From an uncultured Clostridia bacterium (GTDB lineage Bacteria; Bacillota; Clostridia; TANB77; CAG-508), in NCBI GenBank assembly GCA_947632535.1, contig CANRPR010000008.1, positions 11,111-43,110 of the forward strand: a stretch of 32,000 nt of DNA, in the 5' to 3' direction. The position numbers and the translations under genes were made by a program. The notes under the pieces are model-generated. The model ran no database searches. It saw nothing but the letters and a program-made list of their open reading frames with translations, and was not told the origin of the DNA. Positions 18,199-28,637 of this stretch are shown here, piece by piece (positions within the stretch are counted from its first letter, which is position 1; each line of letters begins with the position of its first letter).

Positions 18199-19464
18199 CT
18201 AATCTTCAGTTACTCTCACAATATTAGCACCCAAACGCCTAAACTTTTCCTCAATATGTTCATAACCCCTATCAATATGCTCTAAATTGTAAATCTCTGT
18301 AACACCATCCGCGCAAATACCAGCAATAATCAAAGCAGCACCCGCACGCAAATCAGAAGAATACACTGGAGCACCAGACAAATGATCAACACCTTCAAAA
18401 AAAGCAGTCTTACCCTGAGCTGTAATCTTTGCCCCCATCTTATTCAACTCATCAGTATATTGAAATCTAGATTCCCAAATACTCTCATTAATAATACTAG
18501 TACCATCAGCCATAGAAAGAACAACACCCATTTGAGGTTGCAAATCAGTAGGAAATCCAGGATATGGCAAAGTTTTTATATTAGCCTTAGAAGGACGCTT
18601 ATCACACCACACATGAATCCTATCTCCCCCTAAATCTTCTGCATTAGCACCAATCTCCAATACCTTAGCAGTAATACATTCCAAATGCTTAGTAATACAA
18701 TTCTTAATAATAATATCACCTTTAGAAGCTACAGCAGCAAGCATAAAAGTACCAGCCTCAATCTGATCAGGCACAACACAATATGTAGCATTTCCAACAA
18801 GCCTCTCTACACCATTAACCTTAATAACATCAGTACCAGCACCACGAATATCTGCTCCCATAGTATTCAAAAAATTAGCAACATCAACAACATGAGGTTC
18901 CTTCGCAGCATTATCTATAATAGTAGTTCCATTAGCCAAAACAGCAGCCAACATAACATTAATAGTAGCACCAACAGAAACCACATCCATATATATAGAA
19001 GTAGCATTCAAACACTCTGCCTTAGCAGTAATATTACCTTGCCCTACAGTAACAGTAGCACCAAGAGCTTCAAAGCCCTTGATATGTTGGTCAATAGGTC
19101 TAGCACCTAATTTACATCCACCAGGCATACCAACCGTAACACTCCTACACCTTCCTAACAAAGCTCCAATCAAATAATAAGAGGCCCTAAACTTCCTAGT
19201 CAAATCTAAAGGTGCTTCAGTACAACAAACATTACGAGTATCAATAGTAATACAATTCTCCGAATTCCAAGTAATCTTAGCACCAATTGCCTCTAAAATT
19301 TTACACGAAACCTTTACATCACTAATATTAGGTAAATTTTCAATAGTACAAACACCATCAATTAAAAGCGTAGCAGGTAAAATTGCAACAGCAGCATTCT
19401 TTGCACCACTTATAACAACTTCACCATTTAAAGGTGTTCCACCAGTAACAACTAATTTATCCAA
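18199..19464 (-). CDS. murA: UDP-N-acetylglucosamine 1-carboxyvinyltransferase
   Basis: 421 aa. (M)DKLVVTGGTPLNGEVVISGAKNAAVAILPATLL, the active-site region GGCKLGARPID, and the C-terminus HIDRGYEHIEEKFRRLGANI. The start codon is TTG, with GGGGGAA 7 nt upstream. Confidence 0.93.
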   Translation of the reverse strand: MDKLVVTGGTPLNGEVVISGAKNAAVAILPATLLIDGVCTIENLPNISDVKVSCKILEAIGAKITWNSENCITIDTRNVCCTEAPLDLTRKFRASYYLIGALLGRCRSVTVGMPGGCKLGARPIDQHIKGFEALGATVTVGQGNITAKAECLNATSIYMDVVSVGATINVMLAAVLANGTTIIDNAAKEPHVVDVANFLNTMGADIRGAGTDVIKVNGVERLVGNATYCVVPDQIEAGTFMLAAVASKGDIIIKNCITKHLECITAKVLEIGANAEDLGGDRIHVWCDKRPSKANIKTLPYPGFPTDLQPQMGVVLSMADGTSIINESIWESRFQYTDELNKMGAKITAQGKTAFFEGVDHLSGAPVYSSDLRAGAALIIAGICADGVTEIYNLEHIDRGYEHIEEKFRRLGANIVRVTED

Positions 19465-19492
19465 AATAATTCCCCCAAATTATAATTTTATA

Positions 19493-19522
19493 CAAAAATT
19501 GAGTGTATATAAATACACCCAA
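19493..19522 (-). terminator. Rho-independent terminator after spoIIR
   Basis: A 10-bp stem with one mismatch, + 19499-19508 (ttgagtgtat) with 19513-19522 (atacacccaa), and loop ataa. On the - strand it is followed by ATTTTTG. Confidence 0.55.
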
Positions 19523-19566
19523 TTATATATCACAAAAAAAATACATTTACAACATATTTTACAAAA

Positions 19567-20220
19567 TTACTTTTCAGCAGTCAAAATCTTAATATTTTGA
19601 AAAAACTCTATAAGCTTAAACTTAAAATCCATCTTAGACGAAATTAAAGCATATTCCTCCCCAGACAAATTATCCTGCATATCAGCCTTAGAAGAATCAG
19701 GAACAATACCAGAAGAAACATCCACAAAACAAAGAGGAGGAAACATCACACACCACCAATTCTTCCCTGCAGCATCGCCAATTTTAATACGCAAAGCATC
19801 ATAAAAACCACAAGGAAAAGAAATATCACCATAAGACTTTGTAGGAAAATCAAAATTACCAATTTCAACATTTACATCATAAGAATAGCCATGAGAACTC
19901 ACAGTATTAGAAGCAACTCTCCTAAAATCTTCTAAATGAGAACTAACAATCTCCATAGCCTCTTCCTTTGAAGAAACATTACCACAAATTTCATTCATAT
20001 ATTCTAAAACATCATCACGAACAATATACTTCAAATTTTGATCTTCAACAGAATCACTATTAGCAATTACATGAAGTCTAAAAACACTATCAGAAATATC
20101 ACTACTAACAGCATCTACATAATTAATAGCACAAAACAAAGTATAAACAAAAAACAAAAAAATAATAAAAATGGAATATTTTACTTTACTACTACATATA
20201 ATATTAAAAAGAGTTCTCAT
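19567..20220 (-). CDS. spoIIR: Stage II sporulation protein R
   Basis: N-terminal signal anchor, then the family hallmark FRLHVIANSDSVEDQNLKYIVRDDVLEYM, and a C-terminal NWWCVMFPPLCF. The start is set at the second ATG (20220), 7 nt after GGAGG; the first ATG at 20226 is only 1 nt from the RBS. Confidence 0.88.
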   Translation of the reverse strand: MRTLFNIICSSKVKYSIFIIFLFFVYTLFCAINYVDAVSSDISDSVFRLHVIANSDSVEDQNLKYIVRDDVLEYMNEICGNVSSKEEAMEIVSSHLEDFRRVASNTVSSHGYSYDVNVEIGNFDFPTKSYGDISFPCGFYDALRIKIGDAAGKNWWCVMFPPLCFVDVSSGIVPDSSKADMQDNLSGEEYALISSKMDFKFKLIEFFQNIKILTAEK

Positions 20221-20315
20221 AAACATACCTCCTAAAATAATGTAAAAAATTTTCTCTAAAAAAATTATTAACCAAAAATAAAAAAATATACATCAAAATG
20301 AAAAAAATAATCAAA

Positions 20316-20390
20316 TGTCGAAAATAAGGGAACGATTTATTGTATTTATTTTGAAATAATATTGACACAATTTTGTAATAATGGTAAAAT
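20316..20390 (+). promoter_or_regulatory. Extended -10 sigma-A promoter (TTGACA-17-TGgTAAAAT) with an upstream TGTCGAA heptamer
   Basis: TGTCGAA at 20316-20322, TTGACA at 20362-20367, TG at 20382-20383, TAAAAT at 20385-20390. Confidence 0.55.
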
Positions 20391-20427
20391 TTACCATATA
20401 ATAAAGAAAAGGAAAGTGAGAAAACAT

Positions 20428-20967
20428 ATGAAAAAACAAGAAACAAACATAAAGAAAATTTGTAGCTTCTATGTAAATCAATGGCATTTAGCAACAATGA
20501 CCCTACCACATATAAACGAAACAATAAATAAAGGAACCCAAATAATTACCCTATTACAAAAAGGAATAGAAAATAATATATACGAATTAATATCAAAAAT
20601 GAACTTAAAAACAGAAACAAAAGACAAAATACTATCAATAAACTGGACAAGCAACACAATAATAAAATATCCTACCATAGAAAAAAACATAATAAAACAA
20701 TTAAAAACAGACAACGATGTTGAAATAATAATAAACGGAAACAACGAATACATAGAAATCATGAACAAAAACATAGACAAAACACTAAACAAAAATCAAA
20801 AAAGGATAAAAAACAAAAAAATCAACATAATAAATTGCTATGAAATCACACAATTTGACGACATAACAGATATTCTAAACAAACATAACCTATTACTAAA
20901 CACATCAGGAATAAATGAAATAAATAATGTATTTAACCAATATAATCAAGAAGCAGTAAACAAATAA
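20428..20967 (+). CDS. Hypothetical 179-aa protein, family not recognised
   Basis: Starts at ATG 20428 (MKKQETNIKKICSFYVNQWHLATM...), downstream of the promoter above. The listed start at 20362 is the TTG of the -35 box. A hairpin terminator follows. There is a weak, unverified resemblance to MEDS-type sensory domains (...H..... near the N-terminus, ...NCYEITQFDDITDILNKHN near the C-terminus). Confidence 0.55.
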   Translation: MKKQETNIKKICSFYVNQWHLATMTLPHINETINKGTQIITLLQKGIENNIYELISKMNLKTETKDKILSINWTSNTIIKYPTIEKNIIKQLKTDNDVEIIINGNNEYIEIMNKNIDKTLNKNQKRIKNKKINIINCYEITQFDDITDILNKHNLLLNTSGINEINNVFNQYNQEAVNK

Positions 20968-20968
20968 A

Positions 20969-21004
20969 AGAAAATCGCCTATAAAAGACGATTTTTCTTA
21001 TTTT
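20969..21004 (+). terminator. Rho-independent terminator
   Basis: The stem aaaatcg (20971-20977) pairs with cgatttt (20989-20995) and can be extended with a bulge. It is followed by a T-rich run. Confidence 0.55.
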
Positions 21005-21031
21005 ATCCCCTAATAAATTTAATAATATCTA

Positions 21032-21059
21032 TTGACGAAAAGCATAAAAATGGTATATA
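21032..21059 (+). promoter_or_regulatory. Putative sigma-A promoter (TTGACG-16-TGgTATATA) for the sugar-nucleotide operon
   Basis: TTGACG at 21032-21037, TG at 21051-21052, TATATA at 21054-21059. Confidence 0.4.
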
Positions 21060-21110
21060 AATATATAAATAATACTAAACAAAAATACAATAAAAAGGAA
21101 GTATGAATAC

Positions 21111-22358
21111 ATGGAAAATAAATTAATGGAAGTAAAAGAACTATTAAAAAAATATAAACAAGAACAACTACTAGTATGCTACGACAAAATGAACAAAGAA
21201 GAACAAGAACAACTATTAAACCAAATACTACATATAGACTTTGAACAAATAATGCAACTATACGAAAAAACAAAACAGCCAATAAACATAGAAAAAAGTA
21301 CAGTAGAGCCAATATCATATGTAGACAAATCAAAACTAACAAAAGAAGAAGTAGAAAAATATGAAAAAATAGGAATAGATATATTAAAAAAAGGTGCATA
21401 TGCAGTTGTAACAATGGCAGGAGGACAAGGAACAAGACTAGGACACAAAGCACCCAAAGGAACATTTGAAATAGGAGTAGGAGAACACAAATCACTATTC
21501 CAAGCACTATCAGAAACAATAAAAGAAGCACAAAAAAAATACCAAGTAGAAATACAATGGTATCTAATGACAAGCAGAGAAAACAATCAACAAACAATAG
21601 AATTCTTCGAACAACACAACTACTTTGATATGAAAAAAAATAATGTAAAATTCTTCATACAAGGTGAACTACCAATGATAAGCAAAGAAGGAAAAATATT
21701 AGTAGAAGAAAGTGGAAAAGTAAAAGAAGCAGCAGATGGGCATGGAGGAATATTCGAAGCCATGAGAAAATCAGGAATACTACAAGACATGAAAACACGA
21801 GGCATTGAATGGATATTCATTGCCGGAGTAGACAATATATTAGCAAAAATGGTAGACCCATTACTAACCGGTTTAGCAATAGAAAAAAATTGTCTAGCAG
21901 CAGGAAAATCAGTAGTAAAAAGCAATCCACAAGAAAAAGTAGGTGTATTTTGCAAAAAAGATAAAAAACCAAATGTCATAGAATACACAGAAATAACTCC
22001 GGAAATGGCAGAAAAAAGAGATGCAAATGGAGAATTAATATATGGAGAATCACACATCCTATGCAACCTATTCAACATAAAAGCACTAGAAAAAATAGCT
22101 GGAAACAAACTACCATACCATAGCGCATTCAAAAAAGCAAACTATATAAATGAAAAAGGAGAATTAGTAGAACCAACCCAGCCAAACGCATACAAATTCG
22201 AAGCATTTATATTTGATGCATTCAACAAACTAGATGACATGGCAATAATGAGAGTAAAAAGAGAAGAAGAATTTGCGCCAGTAAAAAACGCAAATGGAGT
22301 AGATAGTCCAGAAACAGCAAAAAAACTATATTTAGACTTCATGAAAAACAAAGCATAA
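21111..22358 (+). CDS. UDP-sugar / UDP-N-acetylhexosamine pyrophosphorylase (UDPGP family uridylyltransferase)
   Basis: 415 aa. Nucleotide-binding loop VVTMAGGQGTRLGHKAPKGTFEIG, then ...WYLMTS..N...T..FF and ...PDGHGG-like AADGHGGIF. Forms an operon with a phosphohexomutase. Confidence 0.8.
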   Translation: MENKLMEVKELLKKYKQEQLLVCYDKMNKEEQEQLLNQILHIDFEQIMQLYEKTKQPINIEKSTVEPISYVDKSKLTKEEVEKYEKIGIDILKKGAYAVVTMAGGQGTRLGHKAPKGTFEIGVGEHKSLFQALSETIKEAQKKYQVEIQWYLMTSRENNQQTIEFFEQHNYFDMKKNNVKFFIQGELPMISKEGKILVEESGKVKEAADGHGGIFEAMRKSGILQDMKTRGIEWIFIAGVDNILAKMVDPLLTGLAIEKNCLAAGKSVVKSNPQEKVGVFCKKDKKPNVIEYTEITPEMAEKRDANGELIYGESHILCNLFNIKALEKIAGNKLPYHSAFKKANYINEKGELVEPTQPNAYKFEAFIFDAFNKLDDMAIMRVKREEEFAPVKNANGVDSPETAKKLYLDFMKNKA

Positions 22359-22373
22359 AACAAAGGAGGAAAT

Positions 22374-24098
22374 ATGGAATACAAGCAAAAATATGAGCAA
22401 TGGTGTAACAATCCAATAATAGAAGAAAAAGACAAACAAGAATTAAAACAAATAATAAACAATGAAAACGAAATAAAAGACAGATTCTATAAAGACTTAG
22501 AATTTGGTACAGCAGGATTAAGAGGCATAATGGGAATAGGAACAAATAGAATGAACAAATACACCGTAACAAAAGCAACACAAGGACTTGCGAACTTCAT
22601 AAAAAAAGAGAAAAAGCAAAACAAAGGAGTTGCCATAAGTTACGATTCTAGAAACAATTCAAAAGAATTCAGCGAACAAACAGCATTATGTCTAAACGCA
22701 AATGGAATAAAAACATATATATTCGAAAGCTTAAGACCAGTTCCAGAATTATCATTTGCAGTAAGAAAATTAGGTTGTATAGCAGGTATAATGATTACCG
22801 CTAGTCACAATCCACCAAAATACAATGGATACAAAGTATATTGGGAAGATGGAGCACAAATAGTAGCGCCAAAAGATAAGCAAATTATAGAAGAAGTAAA
22901 CAAAGTCAAAGACTATTCACAAATAAAAACAATAAACAAAGAAGAAGCAATACAAAATGGATTATACAATGTTATAGGAAAAGAAATAGATCAAGAATAT
23001 ATGGGAGAGCTAAAAAAGCAGGTTCTAAACCCAGAAACAATACAAGAACAAGCAAACAACATAAAAATAGTATATACACCACTACATGGAACAGGAAATA
23101 TACCAGTAAGAACAATATTAGAGCAAATTGGTTTTAAAAATGTATATATAGTACCAGAACAAGAAAAACCAGATGGAAACTTCCCAACAGTAAGTTATCC
23201 TAATCCAGAAGCAGAAGAAGCCTTCGAACTAGCTTTAAAACTTGCAGAAAAAGAAGATGCAGACATTGTACTTGCAACAGACCCAGATGCAGATAGACTA
23301 GGAGTCTATGCTAAAGACACAAAAACAGGAAAATATATGGCATTCACAGGAAACATGTCAGCCATGATAATAGCAGAATACATAATATCACAAAAAAAAG
23401 AAAAAGGAATTCTACCATCAAATGGAGTATTAATAAAATCAATCGTATCAACAAACATGGCAGATGCAATAGCCAAACAATATAACCTAGAACTAATAGA
23501 AGTACTAACAGGATTTAAATATATAGGAGAACAAATAAAAATAATGGAACAAACAGGAGAAAAAGAATATGTATTTGGATTCGAAGAAAGCTATGGCTGC
23601 CTAGTGGGAACACATGCAAGAGACAAAGACGGTATAGCAGCAGTAATGATATTATGCGAAGCAGCAGCATTTTATAAAAAACAAGGACTAACCCTATGGG
23701 ACCAAATGATAAAACTATACGAAAAATATGGATATTACAAAGAAGGAGTAGCTTCTATAACAATGGAAGGTGCAGACGGTGCAGAAAAAATAAAGGAGAT
23801 AATGGAAAAACTAAGACAAAGCAAACCAGAAAAAATTGGTGAATACAATATAATACAAATAAAAGACTACAACACAGGAATATGCAGAAACATACAAAAA
23901 TCAGAAGAAACAAAAATAAATTTACCAAAATCCAATGTACTATACTATGACTTAGAAAATGATGGTTGGTGCTGTGTAAGACCATCAGGAACAGAACCAA
24001 AAATCAAATTCTACATGGGAGTAAAAGCAAAAAAAGACACAGAAGCAAATGAAAAATTAGAAAAATTAAAACAAGCAGTATTAGAACAAATAAAATAA
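22374..24098 (+). CDS. pgcA: Alpha-D-phosphohexomutase (phosphoglucomutase/phosphomannomutase, PgcA-like)
   Basis: 574 aa. Active-site loop GIMITASHNPPKYNGYKVY, metal-binding ATDPDADRLGV, sugar-binding GFEESYG, and phosphate-binding RPSGTEPKIKFY. Confidence 0.88.
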   Translation: MEYKQKYEQWCNNPIIEEKDKQELKQIINNENEIKDRFYKDLEFGTAGLRGIMGIGTNRMNKYTVTKATQGLANFIKKEKKQNKGVAISYDSRNNSKEFSEQTALCLNANGIKTYIFESLRPVPELSFAVRKLGCIAGIMITASHNPPKYNGYKVYWEDGAQIVAPKDKQIIEEVNKVKDYSQIKTINKEEAIQNGLYNVIGKEIDQEYMGELKKQVLNPETIQEQANNIKIVYTPLHGTGNIPVRTILEQIGFKNVYIVPEQEKPDGNFPTVSYPNPEAEEAFELALKLAEKEDADIVLATDPDADRLGVYAKDTKTGKYMAFTGNMSAMIIAEYIISQKKEKGILPSNGVLIKSIVSTNMADAIAKQYNLELIEVLTGFKYIGEQIKIMEQTGEKEYVFGFEESYGCLVGTHARDKDGIAAVMILCEAAAFYKKQGLTLWDQMIKLYEKYGYYKEGVASITMEGADGAEKIKEIMEKLRQSKPEKIGEYNIIQIKDYNTGICRNIQKSEETKINLPKSNVLYYDLENDGWCCVRPSGTEPKIKFYMGVKAKKDTEANEKLEKLKQAVLEQIK

Positions 24099-24103
24099 AA
24101 ATA

Positions 24104-24137
24104 AGAGAATATTTTACCATCAAGTAAAATATTCTCT
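24104..24137. terminator. Bidirectional terminator between convergent pgcA and the activase gene
   Basis: A perfect 13-bp stem, agagaatatttta (24104-24116) with taaaatattctct (24125-24137), and an 8-nt loop. T-run downstream, A-run upstream. Confidence 0.8.
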
Positions 24138-24145
24138 ATTTTTAT

Positions 24146-27100
24146 TTAAACATTTGCCATATCTTCCTTAACAATATTCTCCTTTTCAGTCATAGACTTA
24201 CTATTTTCAGAAAACTTCAAATTATCCTTAGCAACACTCATCAAAAGCTTAATCCTATTAGTTTGATTAGCCTCACTCGCACCAGGATCATAATCAACAG
24301 GAGCAATATTAGCATCAGGATACTTATCACGAATAGTCTTAATAACCCCTTTACCAACAACATGATTAGGCAAACAAGCAAAAGGTTGCACACAAACAAT
24401 ATTCGGAATATCATTCTCCATATACTCAATCATCTCAGCAGTCAAAAACCAGCCCTCACCAGTTTGATTACCAATAGAAAGCACATCCTTTACTTGCTCC
24501 TCCAAATGCCAAATATCACAAGGAGGCAAATAATTCTTCTTAGAATTAGCAAGAGCAATTCGTACATCCTTCTCCATAATATCAACCAACTTTATAGCCA
24601 CCTTAGAAATCTTAGCCTTAGTATTATCAACCTTAAGCAAACTATTAAAAGTAATCTTATGAGTAGCCATAAACTTAACAAACCCCATAAAATCAGGTAA
24701 AATTACCTCAGCACCTTCCCTTTCCAAAACATCAGCCACAAAATTATTGCCAAAAGGATGATATTTAATCAAAACCTCACCAACAACTCCAACACGAGGC
24801 TTCTTAACAGAAGTATCAAGCTTAATCTCCTCAAAATCATTCACAATATCATAAATACTCTGCTTAAACTCCTTACTAGAAGAATGCTTAACCAACTCCT
24901 TACACCTATCCATCCAAACATCAAACAACGCCTTAGTCTCGCCAGAATTAACCTCATAAACACGATTCTTAGTCAACATCTTCTGCAACAAATCACCATA
25001 AACAATACACTTAATCAAACGTTCCAACAAAGGAATAGTAAGCTTAAAACCAGCATTCTTCTCCATACCAACCAAATTAAAAGAAATAACTGGAACCTGA
25101 GGAAAACCAGCATCCTTCAAAGCTTTACGAATAAAACCAATATAATTAGTTGCCCTACAACCACCACCAGTTTGAGACATAATCAAAGCAGTCTTATTCA
25201 CATCATACTCACCAGACTCCAAAGCCTCAATCATTTGACCAGTAGTCAAAATAGAAGGATAACAAGCATCATTATTAACATACTTCAAACCAACCTCAAC
25301 AGTATGAGGAGTACACTCCCTCAAAAGCTTAACCTTATAACCACAAGCCGAAACAGCACTCTCCAACAACTCAAAATGAATTGGAGCCATCTGAGGAACC
25401 AAAATAGTATAATCCTTCCTCATCTCCTTCGTAAAAGCAACCTTGTGAATATCATAATCACCCTTTACATCACAAGAAGAACATCCATCAGAGTCATTAG
25501 CCTTACTATCCAAACGCTTTTGCATACTAGCAAGCAAAGAACGAATACGAATTCTAACAGCCCCCAAATTATTAACCTCATCAATCTTAATCAAAGTATA
25601 CATCTTCTCATAACTAGACAAAATCTCCTCAACTTGGTCAGTAGTAACAGCATCAACGCCACAACCAAAAGAATTAAGCTGAACCAACTCCAAATTATCA
25701 TGATGACCAACAAACTCAGCAGCAGCATACAACCTAGCATGAAACACCCATTGATCAACAACCCTCAAAGGTCGTTTAACCTCAGCCAAATGAGAAACAC
25801 TATCCTCAGTCAAAACACATAACCCCAAACTATTAATCAAAGTATCAATACCATGATTAATCTCAGGATCAACATGATAAGGACGACCTGCCAAAACAAT
25901 TCCCTTAACATTATGCTTCTCCATAAAATCCAAAGCCTCTTCACCCTTCTTACGAATATCAGCCTTACATCTTTGATACTCCTCCTCAGCCTTAGAAGCA
26001 GCCTGAATCAATTCCTTCCTAGTAAAACCATATTCAGCAAACTCATCAAGTTCCAAAATCCTATCAGCCAAATGCTTTGCATCAAAAGGCAAAAACGGAT
26101 TCAAAAACTTAACATCATCACCCTTCAACTCCTCAACATTATTCTTCAACACCTCAGAATAAGAAATAACAATAGGGCAATTATAATGATTATCCGCCAA
26201 CTTATATTCCTTCCTAGAATAAGGCACACAAGGATAAAAAATCGTCTTAACACCAGCCTTAAGCAAACTAATAATATGACCATGCGACAACTTAGCAGGA
26301 TAACATACAGATTCAGAAGGCATAGATTCCATACCCTTTTCATAAGTCTTCCTATTACTCTTCTCCGACAAAACAACCCTAAAGCCTAAACTCGTCAAAA
26401 AAGTAAACCAGAAAGGATAATCCTCATACATATTCAAAACCCTAGGAATTCCAATTGTTCCACGAGGAGCATCTTTTTCCTCCAAAGGAGTATATCCAAA
26501 AACCCTTTCGAACTTATACTTCATCAAATTAGGAAGTTTAGAATTATCAGAAACAATACCAGCACCACGCTCACAACGATTACCAGAAATATATCTCTTA
26601 CCATTACTAAACTTATTAATCGTAAGCAAACAGTGATTCTCACACAAATTACATCTAGTATGAGAAATACTAATATCCAAGCTATCCAAATCCGAAACAC
26701 CAGCAAGCTTAGACCTATACTCCATATCAAAATTAGCCAAATACTGCTCACAAGCAAGCAAAGCCACACCATAAGCACCCATCAAACCAGCAATATCAGG
26801 CCTTACAACATTCTTGCCAACAATCAACTCAAAAGCACGAAGAACAGCATCATTATAAAAAGTACCACCCTGAACCACAATATGAGAGCCCAAAGTCTTA
26901 GTATCACGAACCTTCATAACCTTCTGAATAGCATTCTTAATAACAGAATAAGAAAGACCAGCAGAAATATCACCAACAGCATAGCCCTCCTTTTGAGCCT
27001 GTTTAATCTTAGAATTCATAAAAACAGTACATCTAGAACCCAAATCAACAGGATTCCTAGAATTCAATGCCTCCTGAACAAACTCCTCAATAGACAAATT

Positions 27101-28480
27101 CAAACTCTTAGCAAAAGTCTCAATAAAAGAGCCACAACCAGAAGAACAAGCCTCATTAAGCATAATATTATCAATAACACCATTCTTAATCTTAATATAC
27201 TTCATATCCTGGCCACCAATATCAACAATACTAGTAACATTAGGCATAAACTTCTTAGCAGCAGTATAATGAGCAATAGTCTCAATCTCATTCAAATCCA
27301 CATTCAAAGCAGTTTGAATCAACTTCTCACCATAACCAGTAACCCCACTATAGCGAATAACAGCACCCTCAGGCAAAACACTATACAACTCCCTAAGCAT
27401 TTTAATAACACTACTCAAAGGATTACCCTCATTACTACCATACAAAGAATAAAGCAAAGCACCATCCCTATCAACCAAAACAAGTTTAGTAGTAGTAGAA
27501 CCTGCATCAATACCAACAAAACAATCACCCTTAAAGCCATCTAAAGACTTACGCTCAACCTTATCCAACTCATGTCTCTTACAAAACTCATCATACTCAG
27601 CATCAATCCTAAACAAAGGAGCTAAAGGCATACTAGTATCATCATGAGAGCCCCTCAAAACATCAACCTTACTCCTAAGCTTCTGAACAGAAACCAAAGA
27701 GCCATTAACAGAATCCAAAGCAGCCCCCTTTGCAACCAACAAATGAGCATCAGGCATCAAAATAGCAGACTTATCATCCAAATGCAAAGTCTCAATAAAA
27801 CGAGCCCTAAGCTCAGACAAATAATTAAGAGGACCACCCAAAAAAGCAACATTACCACGAATAGGTCTACCACAAGCAAGACCACTAATCGTCTGATTAA
27901 CAACCGCTTGAAAAATCGAAGCAGCAATATCCTCCTTTGCAGCCCCCTCATTCAATAAAGGCTGAATATCAGTCTTAGCAAAAACACCACAACGAGAAGC
28001 AATAGGATAAATCGTATTATAATGTTTAGCAAGCTCATTCAAACCCTCAGTATCAGTATGTAACAAAGAAGCCATCTGATCAATAAAAGCACCAGTACCA
28101 CCAGCACAAGTACCATTCATACGTTGCTCAATAGACTTACCAAAATAAATAATCTTAGCATCCTCACCACCAAGCTCAATAACAACATCAGTCTGAGGAA
28201 TATACCTTTCAACCGCACGTTTACAAGCAACAACCTCCTGAATAAAAGGCAAGCCCAAAAAATTAGCTGCAGACATAGCACCAGAGCCAGTAAGAGCTAT
28301 AGTAAAATCACTATCCGCAAAGCGAGAACACAAATCCTCCAAAACCTCACAAACAGTATTTTTTGTATCTGAAAAATGTCTGGTATAAGATGAATAAACA
28401 GTATTTAAACCCTCGTCCATAACAGCAATCTTAACTGTAGTAGAACCAACATCCAAACCAACATGTAATAAACTCTTCAT
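24146..28480 (-). CDS. Giant BcrAD/BadFG-type (2-hydroxyacyl-CoA dehydratase activase-like) double ATPase fused to a dehydratase-like/DUF2229-type C-terminal half
   Basis: 1444 aa. It contains two acetate/sugar-kinase-fold activase modules ([16 protein letters not shown]... and [16 protein letters not shown]...), each with a Cys pair for a bridging [4Fe-4S]. A Cys-rich linker follows ([10 protein letters not shown]...GNRCERG), then a long C-terminal domain. Confidence 0.8.
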   Translation of the reverse strand: MKSLLHVGLDVGSTTVKIAVMDEGLNTVYSSYTRHFSDTKNTVCEVLEDLCSRFADSDFTIALTGSGAMSAANFLGLPFIQEVVACKRAVERYIPQTDVVIELGGEDAKIIYFGKSIEQRMNGTCAGGTGAFIDQMASLLHTDTEGLNELAKHYNTIYPIASRCGVFAKTDIQPLLNEGAAKEDIAASIFQAVVNQTISGLACGRPIRGNVAFLGGPLNYLSELRARFIETLHLDDKSAILMPDAHLLVAKGAALDSVNGSLVSVQKLRSKVDVLRGSHDDTSMPLAPLFRIDAEYDEFCKRHELDKVERKSLDGFKGDCFVGIDAGSTTTKLVLVDRDGALLYSLYGSNEGNPLSSVIKMLRELYSVLPEGAVIRYSGVTGYGEKLIQTALNVDLNEIETIAHYTAAKKFMPNVTSIVDIGGQDMKYIKIKNGVIDNIMLNEACSSGCGSFIETFAKSLNLSIEEFVQEALNSRNPVDLGSRCTVFMNSKIKQAQKEGYAVGDISAGLSYSVIKNAIQKVMKVRDTKTLGSHIVVQGGTFYNDAVLRAFELIVGKNVVRPDIAGLMGAYGVALLACEQYLANFDMEYRSKLAGVSDLDSLDISISHTRCNLCENHCLLTINKFSNGKRYISGNRCERGAGIVSDNSKLPNLMKYKFERVFGYTPLEEKDAPRGTIGIPRVLNMYEDYPFWFTFLTSLGFRVVLSEKSNRKTYEKGMESMPSESVCYPAKLSHGHIISLLKAGVKTIFYPCVPYSRKEYKLADNHYNCPIVISYSEVLKNNVEELKGDDVKFLNPFLPFDAKHLADRILELDEFAEYGFTRKELIQAASKAEEEYQRCKADIRKKGEEALDFMEKHNVKGIVLAGRPYHVDPEINHGIDTLINSLGLCVLTEDSVSHLAEVKRPLRVVDQWVFHARLYAAAEFVGHHDNLELVQLNSFGCGVDAVTTDQVEEILSSYEKMYTLIKIDEVNNLGAVRIRIRSLLASMQKRLDSKANDSDGCSSCDVKGDYDIHKVAFTKEMRKDYTILVPQMAPIHFELLESAVSACGYKVKLLRECTPHTVEVGLKYVNNDACYPSILTTGQMIEALESGEYDVNKTALIMSQTGGGCRATNYIGFIRKALKDAGFPQVPVISFNLVGMEKNAGFKLTIPLLERLIKCIVYGDLLQKMLTKNRVYEVNSGETKALFDVWMDRCKELVKHSSSKEFKQSIYDIVNDFEEIKLDTSVKKPRVGVVGEVLIKYHPFGNNFVADVLEREGAEVILPDFMGFVKFMATHKITFNSLLKVDNTKAKISKVAIKLVDIMEKDVRIALANSKKNYLPPCDIWHLEEQVKDVLSIGNQTGEGWFLTAEMIEYMENDIPNIVCVQPFACLPNHVVGKGVIKTIRDKYPDANIAPVDYDPGASEANQTNRIKLLMSVAKDNLKFSENSKSMTEKENIVKEDMANV

Positions 28481-28501
28481 AAGAAATTACCTCCACCACA
28501 T

Positions 28502-28530
28502 ATTGTATAAAAAAAACAGCATTTTGTCAA
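28502..28530 (-). promoter_or_regulatory. Sigma-A promoter of the activase gene (TTGACA-17-TACAAT on the - strand)
   Basis: + tgtcaa at 28525-28530 is the -35 and + attgta at 28502-28507 is the -10, with a 17-nt spacer. The RBS GGTGGAGG precedes the ATG at 28480. Confidence 0.6.
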
Positions 28531-28531
28531 T

Positions 28532-28586
28532 GTCCAAATGGGGACGGTTCTTTTTTGGACATTTTGTCCAATTAGGGACGCTTCTT
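28532..28586. promoter_or_regulatory. Operator-like array: two 21-bp direct repeats plus a perfect 6-5-6 palindrome immediately upstream of the -35
   Basis: gtccaaatggggacggttctt (28532-28552) versus gtccaattagggacgcttctt (28566-28586): 18 of 21 identical, period 34 nt. Each contains GTCC-N6-GGAC. TTGGAC-ATTTT-GTCCAA lies at 28555-28571. The array is bracketed by agcatttt (28518-28525) and aaaatgct (28591-28598). Confidence 0.5.
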
Positions 28587-28637
28587 GAAAAAATGCTATT
28601 ACCAAGAGTTTAGGAAACCATAAAAGTAAACTTAAAA

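Noticed and set aside
24263-28372. Long + strand ORFs antisense to the activase gene: 24263..24700 (145 aa), 24758..25822 (354 aa), 25853..26389 (178 aa), 26633..27544 (303 aa), 27644..27958 and 28124..28372.
   Set aside because: They lie entirely inside a well-supported 1444-aa - strand gene. They have no RBS and have low-complexity N/I/L/T/S/Q/R/H composition. They exist only because the + strand here is poor in T and G, so TAA, TAG and TGA are rare. The same applies to 15373..15579, 15829..16257, 17390..17572, 17883..18285, 18382..18633, 18685..19110 and 20038..20235.
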